Below are positions 49,506 to 60,627 of a stretch of 64,000 bases of DNA, one piece after another. The DNA comes from an uncultured Nitrososphaerota archaeon. GTDB lineage: Archaea > Thermoproteota > Nitrososphaeria > Nitrososphaerales > Nitrosopumilaceae. The stretch spans positions 1,344,001 through 1,408,000 of the forward strand of contig OY969559.1 of NCBI GenBank assembly GCA_963701075.1, given 5' to 3'. The first letter of the stretch is position 1. Each line of letters begins with the position of its first letter. The notes under the pieces were generated by a model, which saw nothing but the letters and a program-made list of their open reading frames with translations, was not told where the DNA came from and did not search any database. Made by a program: the position numbers and the translations under genes.

Positions 49506-50117
49506 ATGCACAAGCGAATCGTCAAAATTGCAAGCGCCATAGTCGCTGCATTAGTTTTAACGCTTGTGGGAGCTAATTCGTCTGTCCATGCATTAAGTGA
49601 CGCCATATACTATCCACCATCATTTGGTGGTGCGCCTTCTGCCGGGTCTTCACTCGGTGGTACTTCATTGACTTATAGTGATGGTTTGACCATTAATGGA
49701 AATACATATGACATATCCAAGAACATACAAACAATACCAACTGTACCACTTTACGTGGGTGCACCTGCAACCATAACAGTCAAACTATGGGACAGTAGCG
49801 GTACGTATGAAATTCAAGGTGTAGCCATGTTTCTCAATGTAAGAGGTTACAACCCAAGTGCAGGATCTAGCGATACATGGGTACAGTATTCCACAACAAC
49901 TGGAGTTACTGTGCATGATCCTCATGGCCTCCTAGGTACTACTACAGCTAGCGTCACGTACGACAAAAGCTTCATGTATGTAACATTTCACCTGACGCCC
50001 AATAATCCAATGAGCACATCATGGATGATTTTCACAGCATGGGATAAGCACATGGCATCCAATACAGCCAAGGTAGATAACGCAGTAAACTTCTCATACA
50101 TACCATTTTCGTACTAA
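49506..50117 (+). CDS. secreted hypothetical protein (beta-rich)
   Basis: Signal peptide ending VHA; PPSFG, AWD motifs. Confidence 0.75.
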   Translation: MHKRIVKIASAIVAALVLTLVGANSSVHALSDAIYYPPSFGGAPSAGSSLGGTSLTYSDGLTINGNTYDISKNIQTIPTVPLYVGAPATITVKLWDSSGTYEIQGVAMFLNVRGYNPSAGSSDTWVQYSTTTGVTVHDPHGLLGTTTASVTYDKSFMYVTFHLTPNNPMSTSWMIFTAWDKHMASNTAKVDNAVNFSYIPFSY

Positions 50118-50258
50118 ATTCAACTCCCTCAAGTTTCATAACTTTTTTTGATTATTTTTCACTAGTTTATCTAATTATTATCTGACAAACCAGATCTTGT
50201 ACAGTTTCACATTATCAGATATAGTTAATTAGGGTAGAATTTTGACGTTTATCGTTAA

Positions 50259-50861
50259 ATGGGCAAAAAAGAAAGAGAAGAACGCGAGCAGGAACGTGAA
50301 AGCTTTTACGAAAAACGTCAGAAACAGCAATTCAAGTACAAGGCGATTGGAATAGGAGTATTAGCTGGCGTGGTAGCTGTTCTTGCCATTTCAAGTTACA
50401 ATTTTTACGTATTATCTACTCAGGTAGTACCGCAAGGTGTTCCTCCAGGAGCAGGCCCACTTGGAAATGTAAACATACAAGCAGGAATACTAACCATGAT
50501 TTACGGTCAACAGTTTGATTATTCGTCTACTGTATATCAGGTAAAAAACGCATATATCGATTTTGAGAAGGAGAACGGAGAAACAATTCACATGCATGCG
50601 GCCAATGTAACCCTTGGTTTCCTGTACAATTCGTTAAACATAGGGTTAACTGACAATTGTTTTACATTCCCTGACAAACGTGCCTTTTGTACAGACGACA
50701 AATATAGCCTCAAGTTCTTCATAAACCACCACCAAGTCCAAGATATTAGCAATTATGTCATAAAACAGAATGATCGAATACTCATATCTTATGGCAACGA
50801 GAACTCGACCCAGATAGATGCACAATTAGCAAAATTAGATTCATTTACTCTCATACCTTAA
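50259..50861 (+). CDS. membrane-anchored conserved hypothetical protein
   Basis: Charged N-terminus, one TM, IHMHA..VTLG, DRILISYG. Confidence 0.75.
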   Translation: MGKKEREEREQERESFYEKRQKQQFKYKAIGIGVLAGVVAVLAISSYNFYVLSTQVVPQGVPPGAGPLGNVNIQAGILTMIYGQQFDYSSTVYQVKNAYIDFEKENGETIHMHAANVTLGFLYNSLNIGLTDNCFTFPDKRAFCTDDKYSLKFFINHHQVQDISNYVIKQNDRILISYGNENSTQIDAQLAKLDSFTLIP

Positions 50862-51673
50862 GGTTCGCTTAGAGCATCCTTTAGTACCTTGAATTCTTCA
50901 ATTGTGATCTCGCCTTTCACTAATCTATTCTTTAGAATAACTAGCGCATAGTCTTCTTGGGTTTCATCTACATCCAGTAGGGTTGATGAAGATTCATGAC
51001 TTGTAGTCATTCCAGATTTAGCGCCCATTTTTTTTCGATATAAAATAAATCCCACTATACCTGCACCGCAGATAATCATGGCTGGATAGAGAATATTTTT
51101 AAAATCATAACCGTTTGAAGATTGCTCCGAATCTGCATACGTAGAATTAACTGTAGTCAACGTCAATGTGTCATCAATAGTTATATCTTCATGCAATACA
51201 GACTCGTGTCGCTGATTAGAGTTTTGCAATGAGGTATTACTTTTATTAGTGTTTTGAGATAGTTGTGTATTATTTTGAGTTACTGGCATCATGGAAACTA
51301 TTGGCGAACCATTTGGCGAAAAATCAAAAAGTACAGTCTTGCCTTCAGATTCATCATTAACAAATGCTGTTGCATTATATGTTCCCTCAAGTGAGAATTG
51401 GTTCGGATCGTCAGTATTAACAGTTATCTGAAAATTACCATCAGATTCAGAAGCATTACCTGTGATCAAGACAAGTTTACCATGAGGATCGTGAATCTCA
51501 AGATTTACTATTTGAGAGCCAGTTTGATTGACTGTACCTGTAAAATACATGTTCATGTCTATGGCATATAACGTTCTATCAGTGTGCAATGATGTCACTT
51601 CAGCATATACTGGAGCGATAGTCAAAGAGAATAGGCCCAGTACCAATAGTGATATTAGATATCCCATCGTCAT
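50858..51673 (-). CDS. type I membrane protein with Ig-like ectodomain and C-terminal SHOCT domain
   Basis: Signal peptide, TM, LKNRLVKGEITIEEF. Confidence 0.8.
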   Translation of the reverse strand: MTMGYLISLLVLGLFSLTIAPVYAEVTSLHTDRTLYAIDMNMYFTGTVNQTGSQIVNLEIHDPHGKLVLITGNASESDGNFQITVNTDDPNQFSLEGTYNATAFVNDESEGKTVLFDFSPNGSPIVSMMPVTQNNTQLSQNTNKSNTSLQNSNQRHESVLHEDITIDDTLTLTTVNSTYADSEQSSNGYDFKNILYPAMIICGAGIVGFILYRKKMGAKSGMTTSHESSSTLLDVDETQEDYALVILKNRLVKGEITIEEFKVLKDALSEP

Positions 51674-51908
51674 GTCATTCCAATGGCAAAAATTATTAAA
51701 AATAGATAGAATTGTGAAGAAGTGTTAATTAAATGAGAAATAATTGACCAATTTAGTCAAGTTGAAGAGACCATGAGAACAATTCTAGGTAGTTTGTTCA
51801 TCTCAGTAAAGCTACAGATTTAGTGACTTTTGTAATATAGTTTGAAAATAGAAATGTGTTTAGCTCAAATTCCAGTTTTTAGGTTTAGGCACCAAGTGAT
51901 ATAAGAAA

Positions 51909-53291
51909 ATGATACGCAAGTTTAGCCCAAAAATACCATATAAAACAAAGATCCTGATACTTGGAGGAGGTTTTGCGGGAAGTAACGTACTACGTGAGAT
52001 TCAAAACAAATTTGGCAGCAATGCAGAAATAACATTGATCAGTCAAAATAACTTTTTTCTATTCACGCCAATGCTGCCGGAGATTTCGTCTGGGATGCTC
52101 CATCCAAGCGATATCTCCACTCCAATCAGAACTTTTTGTAAGACGGCAAATTTTTGCCATGCAAGAATTCTTTCAATTGACCTAGAACATAAAGCGGTAT
52201 CAGTAATTAGAATATTTGACCAGAAAGAAACCACATTTGAATACGATTATCTAATCCTTGCAATGGGAAGTAAGGATAACTTTTTTGGAAATATAAACAT
52301 TGAAGAATTTGCTTTCACAATCAAGACATTAGAGGACGCCATTGCAATTAGAAACCACATAATCAGCGTCCTAGAGTGCGCAGACCAAGAAAGAGACAAT
52401 ACACTGCAAGAACAGCTGCTACGATTTGTGGTGGTAGGAGGAGGGTTTGCAGGAATAGAAATTGCAACAGAGATGAATCATTTCTTGCATGATGCAGTGA
52501 AAAACTTTTACAAAAATATTGATTTAAAGAATATCCGCGTCATAATAGTTTCAGCAAGAAATGGAATTCTGCCAGAGGTTGGAGAGGAACTTGGAGAATT
52601 TGCGTTACAGTATGTACGAAGGTCAGGAATTGAAGTAATAACAAATACAAAAGCAGTTGATGCAGGAGAAGATCATGTCTTACTTAGCGATAATACAATC
52701 ATTCCATGCGCAACTTTTGTGTGGGCAGGCGGAGTCATAGTAGATCCTCTAATATCGTCACTCAAGTGCGAACATGGTGGCTCTGGCCGCGTAGTAGTTG
52801 ACCAGTATCTCAGACTCGAAGAATACCCAAACATATTTGCGCTTGGAGATTGTGCACATTTGGTAGATCCTCGCAATGGTACAATCTACCCAACTACGGC
52901 TCAAATTGCAATAAGGCAGGCAAAAATTGTATCAGAAAATCTTGCCGCTGAAATATACGGTCAAGAAGATTCAATGAAAATGTTTGATTATAAAAATAAA
53001 GGAGTCATGGCCACGATTGGAAAATGTACTGGCGTTGCATTAATCAATGGAAGAAAAGTACACGGATTCCAAGCTTGGCTTTTGTGGAGACTGTTTTACT
53101 GGTCTCATCTGCCTACAAGCGAGAAGAAAGTAAAGGTTGCCTTTGATTGGCTGCTCCATTCCATATTTCGAGCAGATATCATGACAGTAGGATTTATCAA
53201 GAAAAAGACTCTGACAAGACTTGAAACCCCGATGTATTCCATTCTAGAAAGAAGCCAAGAGGAATCTTCTGAAAATCTATCTTACCTATAA
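51909..53291 (+). CDS. type II NADH:quinone oxidoreductase-like flavoprotein
   Basis: Two GGGFAG motifs, FTPMLPE, ALGD, AQIAIRQA. Confidence 0.88.
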   Translation: MIRKFSPKIPYKTKILILGGGFAGSNVLREIQNKFGSNAEITLISQNNFFLFTPMLPEISSGMLHPSDISTPIRTFCKTANFCHARILSIDLEHKAVSVIRIFDQKETTFEYDYLILAMGSKDNFFGNINIEEFAFTIKTLEDAIAIRNHIISVLECADQERDNTLQEQLLRFVVVGGGFAGIEIATEMNHFLHDAVKNFYKNIDLKNIRVIIVSARNGILPEVGEELGEFALQYVRRSGIEVITNTKAVDAGEDHVLLSDNTIIPCATFVWAGGVIVDPLISSLKCEHGGSGRVVVDQYLRLEEYPNIFALGDCAHLVDPRNGTIYPTTAQIAIRQAKIVSENLAAEIYGQEDSMKMFDYKNKGVMATIGKCTGVALINGRKVHGFQAWLLWRLFYWSHLPTSEKKVKVAFDWLLHSIFRADIMTVGFIKKKTLTRLETPMYSILERSQEESSENLSYL

Positions 53292-53345
53292 GACAAAAAA
53301 TTAGAAATTTTTCAAAAAGATTTTTGAATATAGGATTAGAAATAT

Positions 53346-53388
53346 CAAGACGTGTGCTATTTGGTTGAGCAAACACCTACGCGTCTTG
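53346..53388. other. intergenic stem-loop
   Basis: CAAGACGTGT/ACGCGTCTTG 10-bp stem with one G-U. Confidence 0.4.
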
Positions 53389-53493
53389 CAACATATTACT
53401 GAAAGTAAAATAAACTTTCAGTCACGTCTATGAATGATTTTTTGAATCAAAATGGCAAAGTACAAAATGCACTGTCTATTTTAAAGAGCCAGG

Positions 53494-54759
53494 TTGAACA
53501 ATAAAGCAACGCAGCAATTTAGAACTATAATTCCTTTAACATTATTCATCATTTGTGTTTTATTTATCTGGCATGTTCCCTCACATGCAGCCGCACAATC
53601 CGATCAAGGTGTAATTATTTCATCGGGCAATATCAGTTCACCAATTCAGTTTGACAAACAAGTCTTCTCTTGGACAGATCGCGTTAACATTACGATATAT
53701 GCACCAGACTACAATTCTGACCCAAACTTGGTTGACACTATTGGTGATACACCGGATAATCCGATAAATGTGTGTACCACCGGGCACTGCATACCATACA
53801 GACTAGTTGAGACGGGTCCCAATACTGGCATTTTTTCGGGATATATTGATCTTACAGGCAACCCAAGTCAAAAAGGATCAATAGGAATAGACGGGAATGG
53901 TGAAAACCCATCAGGTACCATGTCTACATGTAATACCATCTGTGGTCCCACCGATGGCATGCTCCCAAGTACTGGAAATGATGGAATCTCAGTCTCGTTT
54001 GAATATTCACGAGATCAAACGGTGACAGGCTCTGCACTCATCAGATGGCATATGGGAGAAATCCAGTGGTTACAGCCAAACTACCCCTCAAATGGTCAAG
54101 GAGTATTACAAATTGTTGACCCTGACATGAGTTTGGATCCGGATTCAATAAGCAAATTTGATACAAGTGTCTGGTCAGATTCCGATTCTGGTGGTACCAA
54201 GATTACAATGACTGAGACAGATGCAGGGTCGGGCATTTTTCAAGGCACCGTGGACTTTGCTACACAGTATTCGTCTTCTGGAAACAGGTTACACGTGTCT
54301 GATGGCGACACGGTTACCGGAGAATATATCGACAGAACTTTGCCTCCACCATACTCTTCAACTGCTCAATTACAATTACTTGCAACTACTACAATTGGTA
54401 CAATCCTACCACCGCTAGAAAGAGTTCCTGTCAGCAATGCAAGAATGATTGATTCCACTGGCAAGACACTCGATGAGGTAATGACAGGTCAACAAGTACA
54501 AATCGTATCAGATGTCACAAACAAAGTGAACAAAGATCAAGCATTTGCCTATCTAGTACAAATCCAAGACAATAACGGAATCACTCTTTCGCTATCCTGG
54601 ATAACTGGTTCGCTATTACCTAACCAAAACATGAGCTTGAGTCAATCATGGACACCAAAATCTTCTGGAACATATACCGCCCAGATATTTGTGTGGCAGG
54701 GCGTAACAAATCCCAATGCATTATCACCTACACTAACACTACAAGTTCCTGTATCATAG
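53494..54759 (+). CDS. secreted Ig-like protein resembling C-terminal modules of the thaumarchaeal S-layer family
   Basis: Signal peptide; ETGPNTGIF, ETDAGSGIF, GQQVQI, SWTP..SGTYTAQIFVW. Confidence 0.72.
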   Translation: MNNKATQQFRTIIPLTLFIICVLFIWHVPSHAAAQSDQGVIISSGNISSPIQFDKQVFSWTDRVNITIYAPDYNSDPNLVDTIGDTPDNPINVCTTGHCIPYRLVETGPNTGIFSGYIDLTGNPSQKGSIGIDGNGENPSGTMSTCNTICGPTDGMLPSTGNDGISVSFEYSRDQTVTGSALIRWHMGEIQWLQPNYPSNGQGVLQIVDPDMSLDPDSISKFDTSVWSDSDSGGTKITMTETDAGSGIFQGTVDFATQYSSSGNRLHVSDGDTVTGEYIDRTLPPPYSSTAQLQLLATTTIGTILPPLERVPVSNARMIDSTGKTLDEVMTGQQVQIVSDVTNKVNKDQAFAYLVQIQDNNGITLSLSWITGSLLPNQNMSLSQSWTPKSSGTYTAQIFVWQGVTNPNALSPTLTLQVPVS

Positions 54760-54980
54760 TATAAATCTCAATTTTATTCTGCATGCAAGCATGCCAACTA
54801 TTATCTCAAGACGCTTGAAATATAATAAAAGTATCTCAAGATATGCAAAAAATGAGGCAAGCTTGTTTGGATTGAAAACACCATAGTTGATTATAACTAA
54901 TACCAGAAACAAATACATGAATTGTAGTTTACAATTTTTACACATTTACCAGAAAAAACTATTTGCCAAATCGTAAAACT

Positions 54981-56570
54981 ATGAAAGACATGGAATCATA
55001 TCCACAATACAGCATGGAGAAAACTAACAAGGATTATGAAATTTTCATTGAAAAAAACCTTGACGCATTAATAGAACGCTATAATAGAGCTGAACAGAAA
55101 TACCGAAGTCTTTATGATAATTCTCCTGATCTTTTACGCACAATAAATTTGAGCGGAATGATAATAGACTGTAATCAAACTTATGCAGGTACGCTTGGGT
55201 ATGCAAGAGAAGAAGTTATCGGTGTATCAATATTTGAACATGTGGCAGAAAATAGTTTAGATGCGTTAAGAGAGTCATTTAAGATCTGGAAAACAAATGG
55301 AAGCGTTAAGGATAGAGAGATTTGGCTTAAAAGAAAAAATGGTAGCACATTTCCCACATTACTTAGCGCTACTAATCTTTATGACACAGATGGAAATATG
55401 ATCGGAAGTAATACCACCATAAAAGACATTTCTGAGATTCACAATACCCAAAAACGGCTTGTGGAGCACGAAAAGATTTTACAAGAACAATATGATCAGA
55501 TTCGTACTTCAAATGAAATCCTGTTAGAAACAGAATTAAGATATCGAAGCCTTTACGAACAGTCCCCAGATCTTTTGCGTACTATTGACATGGATGGAAG
55601 AATCGTAGATTGCAATAAAACTTATGCCGAAAAACTTTGTTATTCAAAAGAGGAAATTCATGGAAAATCAATATTTTTTCATACTGCCGCCAGAAGCATC
55701 AACGAAATGCAAGACGCTCTAAAAGAGTGGAAAGACACAGGCATAATAAAAAACAAAGAGATTTGGCTTAAAAGAAAAAATGGTAGCACATTTCCCACAT
55801 TACTTAGCGCTACTAATCTTTATGACAAAAACGATAATCTCATTGAACGTATAGCATCTCTAAGAGACATGACAGAAATGTACACAGCAAAAGAGGAAAT
55901 AGAACAGCAGAAAGTGAAACGTATCAGCGATATGGGGGCACTTTCAGCACGTATAGCGCACGACCTCAAGAATCCATTATCAGTAATTAAAAATAGTATA
56001 GAGTTGATGAAAGCGAGGACTCTCAATCACGACGATAAAACGAAGGGAGATCTTGAGAGGATGGAGAGGGCTACTGTGAGAATATCTCATCAAATAGAAG
56101 AGGTGTTGGAATATGTTTGGCCTAAACCTTTAGAGCTTCTGGATAACTCTCTGCTTAATGTTTTGAATGCTGTTGTATCAAAAATTAATGTTCAACAAGT
56201 TGCAATAGATCTTCCTAAAACAGACACAAGTCTAATTTGTGATGCGTCCAAATTAGAGATAGTTTTTTCGAATTTGATATTGAATGCAATTCAGGCAATG
56301 AATGGAATAGGAAGCATACACATAAGAATAAAAAATGAGGAAAAAACAATAACAATTGAAATAGAAGACACTGGCCCTGGAATTCCACAAGACCTATTGC
56401 CAAAAATATTCGAGCCATTATTTACGACAAGACAGATAGGAACTGGATTAGGATTGGTAAGTTGCAAAAGCATCATTGAAAAACACGGCGGCACGTTAAC
56501 CGTACAGACTCAAACAAACAAAGGGACGACATTTTTCATCGAGTTGCCAAAAATTTGTGATAGACAATAG
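54981..56570 (+). CDS. cytoplasmic PAS-PAS sensor histidine kinase
   Basis: Two YRSLY..SPDLLRT PAS units; [19 protein letters not shown]. Confidence 0.92.
   Translation: MKDMESYPQYSMEKTNKDYEIFIEKNLDALIERYNRAEQKYRSLYDNSPDLLRTINLSGMIIDCNQTYAGTLGYAREEVIGVSIFEHVAENSLDALRESFKIWKTNGSVKDREIWLKRKNGSTFPTLLSATNLYDTDGNMIGSNTTIKDISEIHNTQKRLVEHEKILQEQYDQIRTSNEILLETELRYRSLYEQSPDLLRTIDMDGRIVDCNKTYAEKLCYSKEEIHGKSIFFHTAARSINEMQDALKEWKDTGIIKNKEIWLKRKNGSTFPTLLSATNLYDKNDNLIERIASLRDMTEMYTAKEEIEQQKVKRISDMGALSARIAHDLKNPLSVIKNSIELMKARTLNHDDKTKGDLERMERATVRISHQIEEVLEYVWPKPLELLDNSLLNVLNAVVSKINVQQVAIDLPKTDTSLICDASKLEIVFSNLILNAIQAMNGIGSIHIRIKNEEKTITIEIEDTGPGIPQDLLPKIFEPLFTTRQIGTGLGLVSCKSIIEKHGGTLTVQTQTNKGTTFFIELPKICDRQ
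55316..55827 (+). repeat. identical 71-bp direct repeat (55316-55386, 55757-55827) inside the two PAS domains
   Basis: AGAGATTTGGCTT...CTAATCTTTATGACA exact in both copies, 441 bp apart. Confidence 0.9.
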
Positions 56571-56665
56571 GTTTTGGTAGTTCAAGAGATTCAATCAAAA
56601 TCAACTTTGAAGTAATTCTTGAGAAGGCTAAAATTATACCATCATATGAGAACTCCTGTTATCTA

Positions 56666-58342
56666 ATGGAAATATCAAGTAGAAATGTAGTTGAAGGTCC
56701 TTCAAGAGCACCCCATAGAGCCATGTACAAGGCCATGGGGTTAACAGATAATGATCTTGGAAAACCATTCGTAGGAGTATCGCATACAGGTAATGAAGCC
56801 ACTCCATGCAACATTCACCTTGGCAGATTAGCCCTGCATGCAAAGGCAGGGGTTCAGGAATCGGGTGGAACTCCCAGAGAGTTTTCCACAATTGCAGTAA
56901 GTGACGGAATAGCCATGGGTCATGAAGGTATGAAATCTTCTCTAGTCAGTAGAGAAATCATTGCAGACTCTATTGAGTTAATGGTCAGAGCACACCAATA
57001 TGACGGCCTTGTAGGCATAGCAGGTTGTGATAAGAGCCTACCAGGCTCCATGATGGCAATGGCGCGATTAAACATCCCGTCAGTTTTTGTTTACGGCGGA
57101 ACCATAATGCCTGGAATGTATGAAGGAAAGCAGGTTACAATTCAAGATGTATATGAAGCAGTGGGGGTATATGAGGCGGGTCAGTTAACTCTTGAGGCTC
57201 TCAAGAATTTAGAAAATGTTGCTTGCCCAAATGCTGGCTCTTGTGGAGGCATGTATACAGCAAATACCATGGCATCAATTAGTGAGGCCATAGGACTTGC
57301 ATTACCTGGAAGCGCGTCACCTCCTGCAGAAGATCCTAGAAGAGAAAAATTTGTCTACCAGAGCGGCAAGGCAGTGATGAATTTACTCGAAAATGGAATA
57401 AGGCCCAAAGACATTCTTACCTACGAGGCATTTGAAAACGCAATAACTATTGCAAATGCCATAGGGGGTTCTACAAATGCGGTGTTACATCTTCTAGCTT
57501 TATCCAGAGAAATTGGCGTAAACCTAACTCTTGAAGATTTTGAAAAAATAAGAAAACGAACACCTCATATTGCAGATATGAGGCCTGGAGGATTTTATGT
57601 CATGCTAGATCTTGACAAGATAGGTGGAATTCCACTAGTAATGAAGACTCTGCAGAAAAAGAGCCTCTTAAATGAAAGTGCTTTAACTGTAACAGGAAAG
57701 ACCTTGAAGCAAAATCTAGATTCAATACAACTTTCATTGAATGAAAATCAGAAAGTTCTAAGGTCTATAGAAACACCAATTCACGATGTAGGAACTCTAA
57801 CAATACTTAGAGGGTCACTTGCTCCAGAGGGAGCAGTTGTAAAAGTAGCTGGAATGCATACAACAGAGTTCATAGGTAAAGCTAAAGTATTTGATAGGGA
57901 AGAAGATGCGTTTGATGCAATATCAAAACGTCAGATTAAAGAAAACGACGTGGTCATAATCAGATATGAAGGTCCAAAGGGAGGTCCTGGCATGCGAGAG
58001 ATGCTTGGCGTCACAGCAGCTCTGGTTGGACAAAAATTAGGCGAAAAAGTAGCTCTTGTTACAGACGGAAGATTCTCAGGTGCCACCCGCGGTTTGATGA
58101 TAGGACATGTTTCCCCAGAAGCTGCAATGGGTGGAAATATCGCACTGGTAAATGACGGTGATGAAATTAGAATCAACATAGAAAAAAATAGCATCGATGT
58201 CATGGTACCTGAAACAGATCTTGCTGAAAGAAGAAAACAATGGAGACCAAGAAAACCGAATTATGAAAAAGGTGCATTGGCAAAATTTGCCTCACTTGTT
58301 GCTTCCGCATCCGAAGGAGCAATAACAAAACCCAAATGGTAA
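56666..58342 (+). CDS. ilvD: dihydroxy-acid dehydratase
   Basis: [28 protein letters not shown]. Confidence 0.96.
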   Translation: MEISSRNVVEGPSRAPHRAMYKAMGLTDNDLGKPFVGVSHTGNEATPCNIHLGRLALHAKAGVQESGGTPREFSTIAVSDGIAMGHEGMKSSLVSREIIADSIELMVRAHQYDGLVGIAGCDKSLPGSMMAMARLNIPSVFVYGGTIMPGMYEGKQVTIQDVYEAVGVYEAGQLTLEALKNLENVACPNAGSCGGMYTANTMASISEAIGLALPGSASPPAEDPRREKFVYQSGKAVMNLLENGIRPKDILTYEAFENAITIANAIGGSTNAVLHLLALSREIGVNLTLEDFEKIRKRTPHIADMRPGGFYVMLDLDKIGGIPLVMKTLQKKSLLNESALTVTGKTLKQNLDSIQLSLNENQKVLRSIETPIHDVGTLTILRGSLAPEGAVVKVAGMHTTEFIGKAKVFDREEDAFDAISKRQIKENDVVIIRYEGPKGGPGMREMLGVTAALVGQKLGEKVALVTDGRFSGATRGLMIGHVSPEAAMGGNIALVNDGDEIRINIEKNSIDVMVPETDLAERRKQWRPRKPNYEKGALAKFASLVASASEGAITKPKW

Positions 58343-58358
58343 ACCGTAGAATCGTGTT

Positions 58359-58577
58359 TTAGTAATCTTTTGGAAGATGATACTGACAGAAAAATCTCAT
58401 TTTTTGTCCTATCTGTTTGGCAGTTACAGAAATCCCGTCATCTAGACCCTTGTCACATATAGTACACATTGCCTCTTTCACAGTTGATTTTACTGGTGTT
58501 CTTCTTTTAGAAAAATACAAGTCTTGGAAGAGCAGAGTTTTACTCCTATCTACGTGTGGAACTAGTATCTGAGACAT
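58359..58577 (-). CDS. small CxxC...CxxH zinc-binding protein
   Basis: CTICDK...FCQYH; TTTATA upstream on the minus strand. Confidence 0.7.
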   Translation of the reverse strand: MSQILVPHVDRSKTLLFQDLYFSKRRTPVKSTVKEAMCTICDKGLDDGISVTAKQIGQKMRFFCQYHLPKDY

Positions 58578-58687
58578 GTATTATTGATCACCACGATCGC
58601 ATATAAAGGTACCGTACCATACCGTAATTAGCCATATTGCAAAATGACTTAATTTTAAATAGAGTCTGAAACTGAGGGTCTGTATGG

Positions 58688-60043
58688 GTGGCCACATTTG
58701 GGCATTCAAACCTTAAGATAGTACCCCTAGATTATTCTGGCTCCCAATTTGATCTGTATAATAAAATTTCAAGAAAATTCGAGTATTCTTTCCTCTTTGA
58801 ATCATTGACTGGACCAGAGGAGCTTGCAGAAACTTCAATCATGGGGTTTGATCCTCCAATCGTGGCAAAGTGCTTTGCAGACAGAGTAATACTTCATTAC
58901 AAAAATGGCGCATCAACTGTAATTGAAACAAAAGATCCGTTATCTGAAATCAAGAAACTCCTCTATCAAGTTCCTGATCAAAAATACCGATATGTTGGAG
59001 GCGCCGTGGGTGCCATTAACTACGACGCCATAAGATTGTGGGAAAAAATTCCAAACTCTCATGATGAAAACAGCTCACCCATAATGGAATTTGGAATATA
59101 CGATGATGGAATTCTCTACGATAACAAACAAAAAAAGTCGTTTTATTTCTATTATGATACAAATAGGATAAGCAGGCTCGCTTATGATAGTACTGACTTT
59201 GAAACATTTTCTTTATCTGAGATCAAAGAAAATATGAATAAAGAGTATTTTAAGAAAATGGTAGAGAAAGCAAAGCAGTACATACATGATGGAGACATTT
59301 TCCAAGTTGTACTTTCAAAAAAATTCAATTTCAATGCAAATGGTGATCTTCTAAAGGTCTACAAGTCACTTAGACAAATCAATCCTTCACCATATCTTTA
59401 CCATATAAAGTTGGGCAATAGGACTATGATAGGTTCAAGTCCAGAAATGTTGTTGCGTATAACGGGAAACACTGTTGAAACATTTCCCATAGCTGGAACA
59501 CGACCAATTACAAGCGATGAAAAGAAGAACGAATCCATGAAGGAGGAACTACTACATGATGAAAAAGAATTGGCGGAACACACCATGTTGGTAGACCTAG
59601 GACGTAATGATATCGGACGAGTTTGCAGATATGGTTCTGTATATGTCAAAGAGTTGATGGCAGTAAAGAGATTCAGTCATGTGCAACACATGGTGACACA
59701 TGTGGTAGGCACACTTGACAAAAGATATGATGTGTTTGATGCTATCAAGGCAGTATTTCCAGCTGGAACTGTATCTGGTGCACCCAAGATTCGTGCCATG
59801 GAAATAATAGATGAGTTAGAACCAGATGCAAGAGGACCTTACGCTGGTGCTGTAGGATATTTCTCTTTTAACGGATGTTGTGATTTTGCAATTGCGATAA
59901 GAACAATTTTCATGGATGGAACACAGGGCTTCATACAAACTGGGGCAGGGATTGTTTCTGATTCAGTGGCTGAAAACGAATGGATGGAGACTCAACACAA
60001 AGCAAATGCCATGATATCAGCATTGAAGGAGGCTACTAAATGA
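58688..60043 (+). CDS. trpE: anthranilate synthase component I
   Basis: LFES, GDIFQVV, NPSPY, AEHTMLVDLGRND. Confidence 0.95.
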   Translation: MATFGHSNLKIVPLDYSGSQFDLYNKISRKFEYSFLFESLTGPEELAETSIMGFDPPIVAKCFADRVILHYKNGASTVIETKDPLSEIKKLLYQVPDQKYRYVGGAVGAINYDAIRLWEKIPNSHDENSSPIMEFGIYDDGILYDNKQKKSFYFYYDTNRISRLAYDSTDFETFSLSEIKENMNKEYFKKMVEKAKQYIHDGDIFQVVLSKKFNFNANGDLLKVYKSLRQINPSPYLYHIKLGNRTMIGSSPEMLLRITGNTVETFPIAGTRPITSDEKKNESMKEELLHDEKELAEHTMLVDLGRNDIGRVCRYGSVYVKELMAVKRFSHVQHMVTHVVGTLDKRYDVFDAIKAVFPAGTVSGAPKIRAMEIIDELEPDARGPYAGAVGYFSFNGCCDFAIAIRTIFMDGTQGFIQTGAGIVSDSVAENEWMETQHKANAMISALKEATK

Positions 60044-60627
60044 AATTTTTAATTATTGATAATTATGATTCGTTTGTGTACAACATAGCTCAACTATTAG
60101 GTGAACTAGGAGTCAGCTCTGACGTAATTAGAAATGACAAGATAACATTAGATGAAATTAGAAAAGGAAATTATGATGCAATAATTATCTCACCTGGACC
60201 TGGAACGCCGGAAGATGAAAAGTATTTTGGCATTTGTACCAAAGTGATAAAAGAATTTGGCCCCACAAAGCCAATTCTTGGAGTTTGCCTAGGTCATCAA
60301 GGGATAATACATGCATTTGGAGGCAAAGTCGTAAATGCTGGAAATGTCAGACATGGAAAAACTAGTCCCGTTGAACATTATGAATCTCCATTATTTGAAG
60401 GAGTTCAGAACCCGTTTAGGGCCACAAGATATCATTCACTTGTAGGAGACAAAACAATAATTCCAGATGATCTCAAAGTAACTGCGATTGCACAAGACGA
60501 CAAGGAGATAATGGCAGTAAGTCACAAGAAATATCTCATCGAAGGCGTTCAATTCCATCCAGAATCCATCATGACAGGAGAAGGCAAGAAGATTCTAGGC
60601 AATTTCATAAAGTTGATTAAAAAATGA
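60040..60627 (+). CDS. trpG: anthranilate synthase component II
   Basis: IDNYDSF, GVCLGHQ, QFHPES. Confidence 0.95.
   Translation: MKFLIIDNYDSFVYNIAQLLGELGVSSDVIRNDKITLDEIRKGNYDAIIISPGPGTPEDEKYFGICTKVIKEFGPTKPILGVCLGHQGIIHAFGGKVVNAGNVRHGKTSPVEHYESPLFEGVQNPFRATRYHSLVGDKTIIPDDLKVTAIAQDDKEIMAVSHKKYLIEGVQFHPESIMTGEGKKILGNFIKLIKK

Noticed and set aside
51877-51896. DtxR-like box before the NDH-2-like gene (TTTAGGTTTAGGCACCAA)
   Set aside because: Poor palindrome; only one half-site matches.
54754-54945. 63-aa ORF starting with CxxC
   Set aside because: Single CxxC in an AT-rich promoter region with a local AGTATCTCAAGA-type repeat; coding status unsupported.
55316-55827. DGR template/variable repeat pair
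   Set aside because: The copies are identical with no adenine-specific mismatches, and there is no reverse transcriptase in the window.
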